DNA of 30,421 nt, taken from Verrucomicrobia bacterium UBA3841. GTDB taxonomy: Bacteria; Verrucomicrobiota; Kiritimatiellia; RFP12; UBA1067. The DNA is taken from assembly GCA_002392765.1 (NCBI GenBank), contig DGHT01000015.1:16531-46951 (forward strand), written 5' to 3'. A program made the translations under genes and the position numbers. This document shows, piece after piece, positions 1-9,547 of this stretch; positions within the stretch are counted from its first letter, which is position 1, and each line of letters starts with the position of its first letter. The notes under the pieces are model-generated. The model made no database searches. It saw only the letters and a program-made list of their open reading frames with translations, and had not been told where the DNA came from.

Positions 1-59
1 CCGCGCCGGCCGCCGAACCCGCGCCTGCGGCAGAGCCCGCGCCTGCGGCGGTCGAGTGA
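1..59 (+). CDS. 3' end of an upstream CDS (partial), Pro/Ala/Glu-rich C-terminal tail
   Basis: Frame 3 is open from the window edge and reads APAAEPAPAAEPAPAAVE, then TGA at 57-59. Composition matches the PA-rich tail of the 1353..2297 protein. A hairpin follows at 77-103. Confidence 0.4.
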   Translation, partial: APAAEPAPAAEPAPAAVE

Positions 60-76
60 AAGAAACGTACAGCGGC

Positions 77-115
77 AGGATGCCGGAATTTTTCCGGCAT
101 CCTCTGCAATCTTTT
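77..115 (+). terminator. Putative intrinsic terminator of the upstream gene
   Basis: Perfect inverted repeat aggatgccggaa (77-88) / ttccggcatcct (92-103) around a T-rich loop, followed by ctgcaatctttt. Confidence 0.45.
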
Positions 116-116
116 C

Positions 117-146
117 TTGATTTTGCAGGGGTGTAAATAGTATAAT
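117..146 (+). promoter_or_regulatory. Sigma70-like promoter upstream of pcnB
   Basis: TTGATT (117-122), 18-nt spacer, TATAAT (141-146). Only 7 nt separate the -10 from the ATG at 154 and there is no Shine-Dalgarno, so the transcript may be leaderless. Confidence 0.4.
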
Positions 147-153
147 AGACAAA

Positions 154-1350
154 ATGTTTTCGTTTTTCAAGAAAAAGACCGCTGAACCTGTTGTCTACAA
201 ACGACAGGATCATTGCATTTCCCGCAAGAACATCGATCCCGACGCTTTGAAGGTTCTCTACCGGCTTTCGTCGCTTGGCTACACGGCATATCTTGTAGGC
301 GGCGGCGTTCGCGACCTGCTTCTTGGGCGCACGCCGAAGGATTTCGACGTCGGGACGTCCGCGCGCCCCAACGAAGTGCGCAATGCATTCAGGAACTGTT
401 TTCTCATCGGACGCCGCTTCCGCCTGGCGCAAGTGAGATTTCCGGGAAAGGTCATAGAGACCGCCACCTTCCGCCGCAGTTCGCAGTCGGTCGGGGAAAT
501 CATCGAGCGCGCCGGTGAAGGGCCTTTGGAAGACAATACGTTCGGAACGCCCGAGACGGACGCCTACCGCCGCGATTTCACCGTCAACGGACTTTTCTAC
601 GACATCAAGGACTTCAGCGTAATCGACTATGTCGGCGGGATGAAGGATTTGCAGCGCGGAATAATCCGTTCCATCGGAGATCCCGCCATAAGATTCCAGG
701 AAGATCCCGTGCGCATGATGCGCGCGATAAAGTTTTCATCAAGACTTGGCTTCAAGATAGAGCGCGGCACGCTCTCGGCGATGAAAAAATACCATTCCTG
801 CATACTGACCGCGTCGATACCGCGCGTGTGCGAGGAGGTGTACAGGCTTTTCACCTACGGACATTCGAAAGACGCTTTCTTCCAGATGTGGGAATGTTCG
901 CTTTTGCGCGATCTCATGCCGGAACTCTCCGCGTCGATCGACGCCACGGGCGGCAAACGCAGTCCGGTCTGGAAACATCTCGCCGGACTCGACGATTACG
1001 ACAGAATGATGGCTTCCAAGGGATTCGAACCTTCGAACGGACTCAGAACCGCCGTCTTGCTGACGTGTCTCTACAGGGAGTCGGGCAGGGACGGAGCGGG
1101 CAGAAAAGTAGCGCAGACGATGCTCTCGCATCTCAAAATCCCGAAAGCCGTGTATTTCACGGCGGCGCTGCTGCTGGAAAGCGCCAAGAGGCTTTCGACG
1201 CCGCCCGCCAGGAACAAGGCGCGCTTCATACACAACCGCGATTTTCTCGATGCGCTCGACTACAACAGGATAATCATGCGCAGCGAGGGGCAGAACGAGG
1301 ACGTTCTGGACAAATGGGCCGATTTTTACGAAGAGAAAGGAAACATATAA
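154..1350 (+). CDS. pcnB: Poly(A) polymerase I family nucleotidyltransferase (PcnB-like)
   Basis: 398-aa ORF. It has GGGVRDLLLGRTPKDFDV (the pol-beta nucleotidyltransferase motif of the CCA/poly(A) polymerase family). It also has RNCFLIGRRFRLAQVRF, which closely resembles the E. coli PcnB segment RNCRLVGRRFRLAHVMF. Confidence 0.8.
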   Translation: MFSFFKKKTAEPVVYKRQDHCISRKNIDPDALKVLYRLSSLGYTAYLVGGGVRDLLLGRTPKDFDVGTSARPNEVRNAFRNCFLIGRRFRLAQVRFPGKVIETATFRRSSQSVGEIIERAGEGPLEDNTFGTPETDAYRRDFTVNGLFYDIKDFSVIDYVGGMKDLQRGIIRSIGDPAIRFQEDPVRMMRAIKFSSRLGFKIERGTLSAMKKYHSCILTASIPRVCEEVYRLFTYGHSKDAFFQMWECSLLRDLMPELSASIDATGGKRSPVWKHLAGLDDYDRMMASKGFEPSNGLRTAVLLTCLYRESGRDGAGRKVAQTMLSHLKIPKAVYFTAALLLESAKRLSTPPARNKARFIHNRDFLDALDYNRIIMRSEGQNEDVLDKWADFYEEKGNI

Positions 1351-1352
1351 AC

Positions 1353-2297
1353 ATGAAAATACCAGAAGAACTTCTTCCCGTTATCGAGTGGTGGGAAAAA
1401 GACGGCAAGAAAACACTCGCGATAGCAGCAGTCGCCGGTGTGGCGGCGTTGGCTTGGTGGTCGTGGAAGGTGCACCGCGAATCCCAGCGCGAGGCCGGAG
1501 CGGCCGCTTTCGTCTCGGCGTCTTCGGTCGAGGAACTGCAGAACGCGGTCGGGAGCTACGCAAGCACGGAAAGCGCCAAGATGCTGAATCTCAAACTCGC
1601 AGCGGCGCTTTTTGACAGAGGAGCCGACGGCGACTGCGAGAGCGCGCTCGAAATCTACGAGAAGCTGATCTCCGAAGGCGGAGTCGCCGGAGGGTACGAC
1701 GACATCCCCGTCATCGGCAGGGCGGAATGTCTGGAAGCCCTCGGAAGGTACGACGAGGCTGTCGCAGCGTATTCGGGATATCTTTCGTCAAAGAGCGAAG
1801 GATCGCTCGTGCTCGAAGCCAATCTTGGATACGCGAGATGTCTGGCCCAGACCGGCAAGCGCGATGAAGCCGTCGCGTATCTCGAGGAACTCAAGAAAAC
1901 GCGCAAGGACGATTCCGAGAGGATAGATGCGACGATCGATATCGCCAAGCGCTGGGTGAAGCGCGATACTCCGCTCGCCATGTTCGACGAAACGGCGTCC
2001 GCGACTGCTGAAACCGCTCCTGCCGCCGTGACTCCTTCGGATGAAAAAGTGAAAATCGACCTTTCGCCTGTCGCAACTCCGGCTCCTGTCGTTGAGCCCG
2101 CCCCGGCGGCCGAACCCGTCCCCGCTCCTGTAGCGGAACCCGCCCCGGCGGCCGAGCCCGCTCCCGCACCTGTTGCGGAATCAGCTCCTGTCGCCGAGCC
2201 CGCTCCCGCTCCGGTTGCCGAGCCCGCTCCGGCGGCGGAGTCCGCCCCGGCTCCGGCGCCTGCCGCGGAACCGGCGTCGACGCCTGCCGAGAACTGA
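1353..2297 (+). CDS. N-terminally membrane-anchored TPR-like protein with Pro/Ala-rich repeat tail
   Basis: In-frame ATG at 1353, 3 nt after the pcnB stop. A hydrophobic helix (LAIAAVAGVAALAWW) is followed by TPR-like helical repeats (AECLEALGRYDEAVAAY, ARCLAQTGKRDEAVAYL) and then a PA-rich tail. The 828..1352 part of the listed ORF lies inside pcnB in another frame. Confidence 0.6.
   Translation: MKIPEELLPVIEWWEKDGKKTLAIAAVAGVAALAWWSWKVHRESQREAGAAAFVSASSVEELQNAVGSYASTESAKMLNLKLAAALFDRGADGDCESALEIYEKLISEGGVAGGYDDIPVIGRAECLEALGRYDEAVAAYSGYLSSKSEGSLVLEANLGYARCLAQTGKRDEAVAYLEELKKTRKDDSERIDATIDIAKRWVKRDTPLAMFDETASATAETAPAAVTPSDEKVKIDLSPVATPAPVVEPAPAAEPVPAPVAEPAPAAEPAPAPVAESAPVAEPAPAPVAEPAPAAESAPAPAPAAEPASTPAEN
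2067..2280 (+). repeat. Coding tandem repeat (EPAPAPVA / EPAPAA units)
   Basis: Translated tail reads PVATPAPVVEPAPAAEPVPAPVAEPAPAAEPAPAPVAESAPVAEPAPAPVAEPAPAAESAPAPAPAAEPAS. The nucleotide units gagcccgc(t/c)cc(g/c)gc recur. Confidence 0.7.
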
Positions 2298-2303
2298 TGG
2301 TTT

Positions 2304-3122
2304 ATGACCGTATCCAGAGAACCAGCCTGGGATGACGCGCCCAGATCGCGTTTGCACGGCGCCGCGCGCCGTGTATGCGCTTTTTTGTCGTCACTGGGCT
2401 GGTCCTCCAAGATTCTGGTTTCGTCCTTCGGATTCTTCCCTGCGGTCGTATGCCGCAGCGGGGGACGAGCGGATCTGTTCCGCCAGCTTTATTCCACGGG
2501 AATCAGAACGCTCCCGGTAGTCACGATCGTTTCTCTGTTCATGGGAATGATTCTCGCGCTCCAGGTCGGACTTGAGCTTCGCCGCTTCAACCAGGAGATT
2601 TATCTTGGCGCGGCGGTCATGATATCGCTGATCAGGGAAATGGGGCCGTTCAGCTGCGGAATGTGTCTGGCCGCATGCGTAGGTTCGGCGATCGCGGCGG
2701 AACTGGGGACGATGAAAGTGAACGACGAAATCGCCGCGCTCGAAATAATGTCCATCCCGCCCGTGCGCTATCTCGCCGCACCGAGGATTCTCGCTCTCAT
2801 GCTGATGGCGCCGCTGCTTTCCTTCTACTGCTGCATAATCGGCGCGATGGGAGGCGGAGTCGTGGGCGTCACGCAGCTTGGCGTCGATTTCAGCCAGTAC
2901 ATGTCGAGCGCCATTGGCGTGTGCGACCTCAAAGATCTTTACGTCGGTCTTCTTAAATCGCTCGTATTCGGCGTGGTGATCGGGACGGTTTCCGTCTGCC
3001 AGGGATTCGCCGCGGAACTCGGCGCGACGGGCGTCGGCAAGTCAACCCAACGGAGCGTTATCGTCAGTTTCCTGCTGATATTGATGTTCGGCTACATGGT
3101 GACAAGGATATGCTACAGGTGA
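2304..3122 (+). CDS. mlaE: MlaE-like ABC transporter permease
   Basis: 272-aa polytopic membrane ORF of typical MlaE/Ttg2B size. It sits directly upstream of an ABC ATPase and an MCE-domain gene. The exact start is uncertain. Confidence 0.75.
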   Translation: MTVSREPAWDDAPRSRLHGAARRVCAFLSSLGWSSKILVSSFGFFPAVVCRSGGRADLFRQLYSTGIRTLPVVTIVSLFMGMILALQVGLELRRFNQEIYLGAAVMISLIREMGPFSCGMCLAACVGSAIAAELGTMKVNDEIAALEIMSIPPVRYLAAPRILALMLMAPLLSFYCCIIGAMGGGVVGVTQLGVDFSQYMSSAIGVCDLKDLYVGLLKSLVFGVVIGTVSVCQGFAAELGATGVGKSTQRSVIVSFLLILMFGYMVTRICYR

Positions 3123-3131
3123 GGTGAGGCC

Positions 3132-3872
3132 ATGGCGATAGTCGAATTCAGAAACGTAGTGAAGAAGTTCGGCGGCGCGCCCGTGCTGGACGGAGTGGAT
3201 TTTTCCGTCGAAAAGGGCGAGATACTCTGCATTGTGGGCCCGTCGGGAACCGGAAAGTCGGTTACGCTCAAGCATATCGTGAGGCTGCTCACTCCGACTT
3301 CGGGGCAGGTGTTCGTCGACGGCAGCGACGTGGCCGCCTGCGACGAACGCACGCTCGTCTCCATAAGGCGCAGGGTCGGTTATCTTTTCCAGAGCGGAGC
3401 GCTCCTCGCGTGGATGACGGTCAGGGACAATGTCGCGCTTCCGCTGAGGGAAACGACCGATATCGATGAAGACGAGATATCGAAACGCGTCGACGCCGCC
3501 CTCGAGTCCGTCGATCTGCTCGCGGCGGCGGATAAATTCCCGTCCGAGATTTCCGGCGGAATGCAGAAGCGCGCGGGGCTCGCGCGCGCTATCGTGAGGG
3601 AATCCGACATCATACTCTACGACGAGCCTACGAGCGGACTCGACCCGGTCACGTCGATAACGATCCACCGTCTGATAAAGAAGCTCAACCAGACGCTGGG
3701 AATGACGTCGATCGTGGTTACGCACGACCTTCAGGGCGCGCTCCAGTTCGCGCACAGGATTCTGCTGCTGCGCAACGGCAAGGTCGCCGAATGTTCGACT
3801 CCGGCGGAGTTCTTGAACTCGCAAAACAGGGACGTACGCGAATTCATCGCGGCAATGAAAGGTGAGATGTAA
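3132..3872 (+). CDS. mlaF: MlaF-like ABC transporter ATP-binding protein
   Basis: Walker A GPSGTGKS, ABC signature SGGMQKR, Walker B ILYDEPTSGLD and H-loop VTHD. The stop overlaps the next start (ATG at 3872). Confidence 0.85.
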   Translation: MAIVEFRNVVKKFGGAPVLDGVDFSVEKGEILCIVGPSGTGKSVTLKHIVRLLTPTSGQVFVDGSDVAACDERTLVSIRRRVGYLFQSGALLAWMTVRDNVALPLRETTDIDEDEISKRVDAALESVDLLAAADKFPSEISGGMQKRAGLARAIVRESDIILYDEPTSGLDPVTSITIHRLIKKLNQTLGMTSIVVTHDLQGALQFAHRILLLRNGKVAECSTPAEFLNSQNRDVREFIAAMKGEM

Positions 3873-4948
3873 TGGCCTCTAAAAACAAAGATGCTTTTTC
3901 CGAAGCGATAGTCGGCGTGTTCATGATCGCCGTGCTCTCCCTGCTGGTCTATTTCACGATAATCATCTCCGGCGTGGACGTGCTGCAGGGGCGCAAGAAA
4001 GTCGACGCCACCGTCGTGTTCAAGGATGTCGGCGGACTCAAGGACCACGACAACGTGATGTACCGCGGAACCAAAGTGGGCACGATCGACAAGATCGACC
4101 TCGGTCCGGACGAGCTTAAGGTTACGATGGAGATAGACAAGAACGTCGTTCTTCGCGAAACATGCCGCATATCCGTGTGCAGTCTGTCGATGCTGGGCGG
4201 CAACTATCTTCTTCTTGAAGAGGGCGAGGGGGCGGAGCTTCCCCTCGAAACGACCGTTTTCAAAGGCGAGACGCCCACCGACTGGATGCGCGATCTTTCG
4301 TCCATCGCAAAGAACATCAACGAGCTTACGTCCGGCGAAGAGCTTAAATCGATAGTCGAAGATTTCAGCGCCACGGCGAAGAACCTGCGTTCGACTACCG
4401 GGCGCATCGAGCGCGGCGAAGGGACGGTCGGCAGGCTTCTGTCGAACGACGACACGGTCTACAATGATCTCAAGACCGTCATGACGAACCTGGCCGCCGT
4501 CACGACGAACATCAAGGAGGGGCGCGGAACGGTAGGAAAACTCCTTTCAGACGACGACACGGTGTACAACGATCTCAAGAGCACCCTCGCTTCCGCGAGC
4601 GAAGTCGCCGCGCGCCTCAAGGATGGAGAAGGGTTTCTCGGACGCCTCCTCGCGAAAGACGATCCGATATACGGCGAAATCGACGCGGCCGTCAAATCAT
4701 TCCGCAAGGCAAGCGAATCGTTCGACGCGAAAGAGGCGATGGAAGGCGCGGAGAAGCTTCTGGACAGCCTCAACAGCGTCGCGTCAAAAATCGAACGCGG
4801 CGAAGGGACCATCGGAAAGCTTGTAAACGAAGACGAACTCTACAACGAGATCAACTCCCTCGCGAAGGACGTGAGGCAGGTTCTCGACAATTTCCGCGAT
4901 ACGACGCCGGTCTCGACGTTCGGGTCGCTCATCACAGGCGGTCTGTAA
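3872..4948 (+). CDS. mlaD: MlaD-like MCE-domain protein
   Basis: N-terminal TM helix, then an MCE-like core (VVFKDVGGLKDHDNVMYRGTKVGTIDKI). The C-terminal half has four copies of a G(E/R)GT(V/I)G(R/K)L(L/V)x(D/E)D..Y..(L/I) unit. TAATG overlap with the next gene. Confidence 0.75.
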   Translation: MASKNKDAFSEAIVGVFMIAVLSLLVYFTIIISGVDVLQGRKKVDATVVFKDVGGLKDHDNVMYRGTKVGTIDKIDLGPDELKVTMEIDKNVVLRETCRISVCSLSMLGGNYLLLEEGEGAELPLETTVFKGETPTDWMRDLSSIAKNINELTSGEELKSIVEDFSATAKNLRSTTGRIERGEGTVGRLLSNDDTVYNDLKTVMTNLAAVTTNIKEGRGTVGKLLSDDDTVYNDLKSTLASASEVAARLKDGEGFLGRLLAKDDPIYGEIDAAVKSFRKASESFDAKEAMEGAEKLLDSLNSVASKIERGEGTIGKLVNEDELYNEINSLAKDVRQVLDNFRDTTPVSTFGSLITGGL

Positions 4949-6393
4949 TGCTTTTAGCGGCCCTGTCAAGTCTGTTCTTCGCTTTCCCGCGGCCTCTCGA
5001 AATGCCGCGCGCCGAGGCTTATTACGTCTACGGCGACGTTCCGCATCTCGAGGACAGATACGACGAACTCGATCTCTGGACGTCGCACGCCGTCGCGGGG
5101 CGCTGGGAAGACGGAGACGGACGGGTGTTTTCGCTTTCCAGGCTCGATACCGCAGCGCCGAGGTTCGCCGGCCCCACTCTCACCCGCGCGAAATACGCCG
5201 ACGGAGAAGTGCGCCTTTCCGTTTCGGACAAGGACTCCGGCCTGCGCATGGAGGCCGCCGCGATGCTCTCGCCCGTCCCTCTGGCGGAAAAGCCCGAGCC
5301 TCCCAGACACGAAATCCGGGGCATGAAGTCCGTCCTGTATCTGCACGGCACGAACGATACGTGTCTCGTATGCGCATTTCTCCCGGAGAATTCGCCGCTC
5401 TGGTATCTTGCGACTTGGGAACTCGCTCCCGAGGATGAGATGGACGTCGCCGTAGAGAATTTCGAAGCTGGCGTGCTTGCGGAGTGGGACGAACTCGACT
5501 TGCCGTCGGAAAAGAATATCGAAGAAAAATACCGCAGGCGGGAACGCGGAAAACCCCGGGACGGCGGGCGGCGTAAAGACGCGGCGCTCGCAAGGGAAAG
5601 GGAACTGTTCGCGGCGGATCTCTCCGCGAGCGTCACGAATTACGCTGGGTGGCATTTCACGCCTGCCGGCGGATTCGCGATCGTCGACGATCTCCCGCGC
5701 GGCGGCGATTTCGTAAGGACCCTCACCAACGAACTCGGGAACGCGTACGCGCGGTATGCAGCCACGGTTCCCTCGCCGCTGTCTGGATCGAACACGCTTT
5801 CCGTGGCGCGGATATACAAAAACCGCGACGAATATCTCGCGGCTCTTGAAATCGACGGCACGGAGGGGCTCGAATGGAGCGCCGCGTACTGGGACAAGTC
5901 CCGCCGCGAACTTGTCGCACATCTTCCGCAGGACGGCGAGAAGGAGCTTCTCAAGACGTTCAGACACGAGGCGTTCCACCAGTATCTTTCCTACGCCTGC
6001 TCGATGATGACCGCCGCGCCGTGGATAAACGAAGGCTACGCCCAGTACTTCGAGGACGCAAGCGACGGCGAATGGGGTATTGACGTCGATATCGACGCGG
6101 CGGCGGAGATGCTCCCTGCGGTCATGGCGATGGACTACGGAGAGTTCTACGCGGGGACGGATGCGGACAGGCGTCTCAAGTACCGCATGGCATGGTCGAT
6201 CGCGTGGTTCCTGGAAAACGGCGCGGACGACGTAAGGTTCCGCCCGTTCGCCGAAGTAAAGCGCAAATACGTCGAAACGCTTCTCAAGACCCAGGACATG
6301 CAGCTCGCGACATTCGAGGCGTTCGGGTCCCCCGACAATTTCCGGCTGTTCACGGCCGAGTGGAAAAAATACTGGAAAGAAAGGAATGGTTGA
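4948..6393 (+). CDS. Secreted hypothetical protein with HExxH...E gluzincin-like motif (DUF1570-like?)
   Basis: Hydrophobic N-terminus ([13 protein letters not shown]). HEAFH at 5965-5979 is followed by [12 protein letters not shown]. The start overlaps the mlaD stop. The family assignment is from memory only. Confidence 0.5.
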   Translation: MLLAALSSLFFAFPRPLEMPRAEAYYVYGDVPHLEDRYDELDLWTSHAVAGRWEDGDGRVFSLSRLDTAAPRFAGPTLTRAKYADGEVRLSVSDKDSGLRMEAAAMLSPVPLAEKPEPPRHEIRGMKSVLYLHGTNDTCLVCAFLPENSPLWYLATWELAPEDEMDVAVENFEAGVLAEWDELDLPSEKNIEEKYRRRERGKPRDGGRRKDAALARERELFAADLSASVTNYAGWHFTPAGGFAIVDDLPRGGDFVRTLTNELGNAYARYAATVPSPLSGSNTLSVARIYKNRDEYLAALEIDGTEGLEWSAAYWDKSRRELVAHLPQDGEKELLKTFRHEAFHQYLSYACSMMTAAPWINEGYAQYFEDASDGEWGIDVDIDAAAEMLPAVMAMDYGEFYAGTDADRRLKYRMAWSIAWFLENGADDVRFRPFAEVKRKYVETLLKTQDMQLATFEAFGSPDNFRLFTAEWKKYWKERNG

Positions 6394-8065
6394 CACCATG
6401 GTGTCCGACAAGATAAAATCCGGCAAGGAAAGGGCTCCGCACAGGAGTCTCCTTTACGCGACCGGCATGAAGAGCGCCGATATGAAAAAGCCGTTCATAG
6501 GCATCTGCAACAGCTATGAAAGTTTCGTTCCCGGACACTGCCATCTTTCCGGCGTAGGGCAGCTGCTCAAGAAATTCATAACAGAAGCCGGCGGCGTGCC
6601 GATGGAGTTCAACACGATTGCCGTGTGCGACGGCATCGCGATGGGGCACGACGGAATGAAATACTCTCTTCCCTCGCGCGAACTCATCGCCGATTCCGTG
6701 GAGACGATCGCCAAGGCGCATTGCTTCGACGCGATGATATGCGTCCCGAACTGCGACAAGATCGTCCCCGGAATGCTTCTGGGCGCATTGAGGACCGGGA
6801 TCCCGGTCATCTTCGCGTCAGGCGGCCCGATGGCCGCGGGAAAGCATCCGAAGACCGGTGCGGACAGCGATCTCAATTCCGTTTTCGAGGCGGTCGGCGC
6901 GGAATCCGTCGGCAAGATCACCGAAGCCGATCTCGCAAAGATCGAACGCACGAGCTGCCCCGGCTGCGGAAGCTGCTCGGGGATGTTCACCGCGAATTCG
7001 ATGAACTGCCTCTACGAGGCGCTGGGACTGGCGCTTCCGGGCAACGGCACCATCCTCGCGGTCGATCCCGGACGCATCGAGCATTTCAGGCGTTCGGCGA
7101 AAGCGATCGTGCGGATGGCGAAAGCGGGCGGACCTCTCCCGCGCGATCTCGTCACGAAGGAATCCCTCGACAACGCCATCACTCTCGACATGGCGATGGG
7201 CGGCTCCACGAACACCGTCCTCCACACTCTCGCGATCGCGCGCCAGGCGGGCGTCGATTTTTCGCTCGAGAGGATGAACGAACTTTCGGCGAGAACGCCG
7301 TACATCTGCAAGCTGGCGCCGTCCGGACACTACCACATCGGCGATCTCGACAAGGCGGGCGGCGTGATGGCGATACTGAAGCGCCTGGATCCGTCGCTTC
7401 TCCATCTCGACGCGCCGACGGTGTCCGGGAAGACGCTTGGCGCGCAGATAAAGGCGGCGAAGATACGCGACGACGACGTAATCCGCAAACTGGACAGCGC
7501 CTATTCCAAGGACGGCGGTCTTGCGGTCCTCTGGGGCAATCTCGCCAAGGACGGAGCCGTCGTCAAGAAGGGCGGCGTCGCGCCGTCCATGATGAAATTC
7601 ACGGGCAAGGCGATCTGTTTCGATTCCCAGGAGGAGGCGTGCGCCGGAATCCTTGCGGGGAAAGTGAAACCTGGCCACGTAGTTGTGATCCGCTACGAAG
7701 GTCCGCGCGGCGGACCCGGCATGCAGGAGATGCTCGCTCCGACTTCCTACATCATCGGACAGGGACTCGGCGAATCGGTTGCGCTGATAACGGACGGAAG
7801 ATTCTCGGGCGCGACCCACGGAGCGTGCGTCGGACACGTCTCGCCGGAAGCGGCGGAAGGCGGTATGATCGGTCTTCTGCGCGACGGCGACGAGATAGAA
7901 ATCGACATACCTTCGAGGAAGATCGAAGCGCACGTTGCGGCGAAAGAGATCGCAAAACGCCGCAAGGCCGCTCCGGAATGGAAGCCCAGAATCCGGCAGG
8001 GATGGCTGTCGCGCTACGCGCGTCTTGTCGGGAACGCTTCGACGGGCGCATCGCTTATTTGTTAA
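6386..8065 (+). CDS. ilvD: Dihydroxy-acid dehydratase
   Basis: Canonical IlvD N-terminus ([21 protein letters not shown]), CDKIVPGM, and [11 protein letters not shown] near the C-terminus. The start may instead be the ATG at 6398. Confidence 0.9.
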   Translation: MVDTMVSDKIKSGKERAPHRSLLYATGMKSADMKKPFIGICNSYESFVPGHCHLSGVGQLLKKFITEAGGVPMEFNTIAVCDGIAMGHDGMKYSLPSRELIADSVETIAKAHCFDAMICVPNCDKIVPGMLLGALRTGIPVIFASGGPMAAGKHPKTGADSDLNSVFEAVGAESVGKITEADLAKIERTSCPGCGSCSGMFTANSMNCLYEALGLALPGNGTILAVDPGRIEHFRRSAKAIVRMAKAGGPLPRDLVTKESLDNAITLDMAMGGSTNTVLHTLAIARQAGVDFSLERMNELSARTPYICKLAPSGHYHIGDLDKAGGVMAILKRLDPSLLHLDAPTVSGKTLGAQIKAAKIRDDDVIRKLDSAYSKDGGLAVLWGNLAKDGAVVKKGGVAPSMMKFTGKAICFDSQEEACAGILAGKVKPGHVVVIRYEGPRGGPGMQEMLAPTSYIIGQGLGESVALITDGRFSGATHGACVGHVSPEAAEGGMIGLLRDGDEIEIDIPSRKIEAHVAAKEIAKRRKAAPEWKPRIRQGWLSRYARLVGNASTGASLIC

Positions 8066-8078
8066 AATCCGCGAAATT

Positions 8079-8087
8079 TGATATAAT
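8079..8087 (+). promoter_or_regulatory. Extended -10 promoter element (TGaTATAAT)
   Basis: TG at 8079-8080 and TATAAT at 8082-8087. Only 8 nt separate it from the ATG at 8096 and there is no Shine-Dalgarno. Confidence 0.35.
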
Positions 8088-8095
8088 CTTACGCA

Positions 8096-9547
8096 ATGGA
8101 CAACGAAAACAATATATTGGGATTCGGCTCTCTGGACTTCACCCCCGACTGGGCGAAGAAGGACGCCGGTGTCACTGTCGGTAGAACGCGCCCCGTGCGG
8201 GAAACGCAAGAGGCGGAAAGGCGGGGCGACAAGCCGCCGCGGAAGGGACCTTTTTCGCCAGACCGCGACCGGGACCGCGACAGAGGCCGCAAGCCTTTCG
8301 CGAAATTCCGTCCGGAGGCGGAGCGCGCGCGTCCGCCCGAGTTCGACGTGACGGTTCTGCCCGAGACGAAGGCTCTGGGAACCGTGATGCGCAAGCTCCA
8401 GCAGGACTACCACGCGTACAAGCTGAAGGATCTGGCGTATTTCTTCCTCGACAACCCGTCTTCGGTTCTCCTCAAGATCGTGCCTAAAAAGGAAGAAGGC
8501 GATGCGCAGCGGCAGAAGGCGCAGCCGTTCTTCCAGTGCAGAAGCTGTTCGTTCGCATCTGTTTCCGAACAAGACGTGATCGCGCACATTCTCGCGTCCC
8601 ACCTGTCGGAATATTTCGACACGAAAGAGATCGACGCCGAACCGCCCAAGGGTAATTTCAACTGCGTCGCAAAATGCGGCCTTTCCGGCGTGCTTCTCGG
8701 TCCGCCGAACATCCACGAGTTCAACTCGATCGTCCGCGAGATGATTCGCACGCGCTATCCGGGAATGTCCGAAAGCGAATACCGCTCCCATATTGTCATG
8801 CTCCGCGACAGCGAATCGATCGAGGCGTGGCGCGGCCAGGCGGTAAAGAAAACCCTTTATTTCAGAAAAGGCGCGGCGGAAGGGGAGCCGGGCATGACGC
8901 GCGAGCAAGCCGAAGGCCAGTTCAGGCGTTCCATGCTTCCTTCCATGATCGACACGCCCAAGACGCTCATGATAACGGCGGACGCGGCGCTGAAAAGTCC
9001 GTACCGTCCGCTCGCGTCGGCCGCTTCCGCCGCCCTCGAAGCGGAACGCCGCGCGCCGTACAAGATGTGCTTCGCGCTGCGCGGAGCGTTCCACCACAGG
9101 AAGATGAATTTCTTCCGGACAAACGATTCCAAAGGGCAGGAATTCGTGTGCGGACACGAACTCAAGACGTTCGATTCGGCGCACGCGATACCTGAACTTG
9201 CGAGAATCGCCGATTTCATCGCAGCGAATCCGTGCCTGCCCAAGGCGGAGATCGCGAAAACGCCGGACGACGAAAGGCAGCTTTTCTGGCTCGCTTCGAC
9301 AGGCCATGTCGTAGCATTCACGAACGGCGTATTCTCCGCCGTGGAGAAGTACCCGAAATACGGTCCGCAGTGGCAAAAGAAGAAAGCCGCAAAGGAGGAA
9401 AATCCCGATAAGCCGGAAACTCCGGAAACTACGGAAAGCCCGGAGAATCAGGAACAGCCGGAAACTCCGGAGACGCCGGCGACCGCCGAACCCACCGAGA
9501 TGCAAGAGGAGACGAGGAATGAAGATTCCGCTAAGTTGGTTGAATGA
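8096..9547 (+). CDS. Hypothetical protein: R/D-rich N-region, C2H2-spaced motif, P/E/T-rich acidic tail
   Basis: 483-aa ORF. It has DRDRDRDRGRK low complexity and CRSC-x12-H-x4-H at 8537-8602. The tail is PETPETTESPENQEQPETPETPATAEPTE. The 3' end overlaps the pheT start by 29 nt. Confidence 0.55.
   Translation: MDNENNILGFGSLDFTPDWAKKDAGVTVGRTRPVRETQEAERRGDKPPRKGPFSPDRDRDRDRGRKPFAKFRPEAERARPPEFDVTVLPETKALGTVMRKLQQDYHAYKLKDLAYFFLDNPSSVLLKIVPKKEEGDAQRQKAQPFFQCRSCSFASVSEQDVIAHILASHLSEYFDTKEIDAEPPKGNFNCVAKCGLSGVLLGPPNIHEFNSIVREMIRTRYPGMSESEYRSHIVMLRDSESIEAWRGQAVKKTLYFRKGAAEGEPGMTREQAEGQFRRSMLPSMIDTPKTLMITADAALKSPYRPLASAASAALEAERRAPYKMCFALRGAFHHRKMNFFRTNDSKGQEFVCGHELKTFDSAHAIPELARIADFIAANPCLPKAEIAKTPDDERQLFWLASTGHVVAFTNGVFSAVEKYPKYGPQWQKKKAAKEENPDKPETPETTESPENQEQPETPETPATAEPTEMQEETRNEDSAKLVE

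Noticed and set aside
828-1352. Long N-terminal extensions of listed ORFs (828..1352, 15641..15808, 20904..21080, 12085..12126)
   Set aside because: The first three extensions lie inside the preceding, better supported gene in another frame and translate to Arg-rich low-complexity sequence. 12085..12126 lies in the pheT-downstream spacer, where the ATG at 12127 is preferred because it gives a signal-peptide start after GGGAG. Internal ATGs with RBS or stop overlap give canonical N-termini for the other three.
2067-2280. Possible CRISPR array or other non-coding tandem repeat (also 15760-15822)
   Set aside because: Both repeat tracts are in frame inside long ORFs (a PA-rich tail and a poly-Asp tail). 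Their units are far shorter than CRISPR repeats and there are no spacers. No CRISPR-like array was seen anywhere in the window.
4966-6426. 486-aa minus-strand ORF opposite the HExxH protein
   Set aside because: Neither strand has a strong homology call. The + ORF has a signal-like start, an HExxH...E motif and start/stop coupling to mlaD. The minus ORF is Arg-rich shadow-like sequence.
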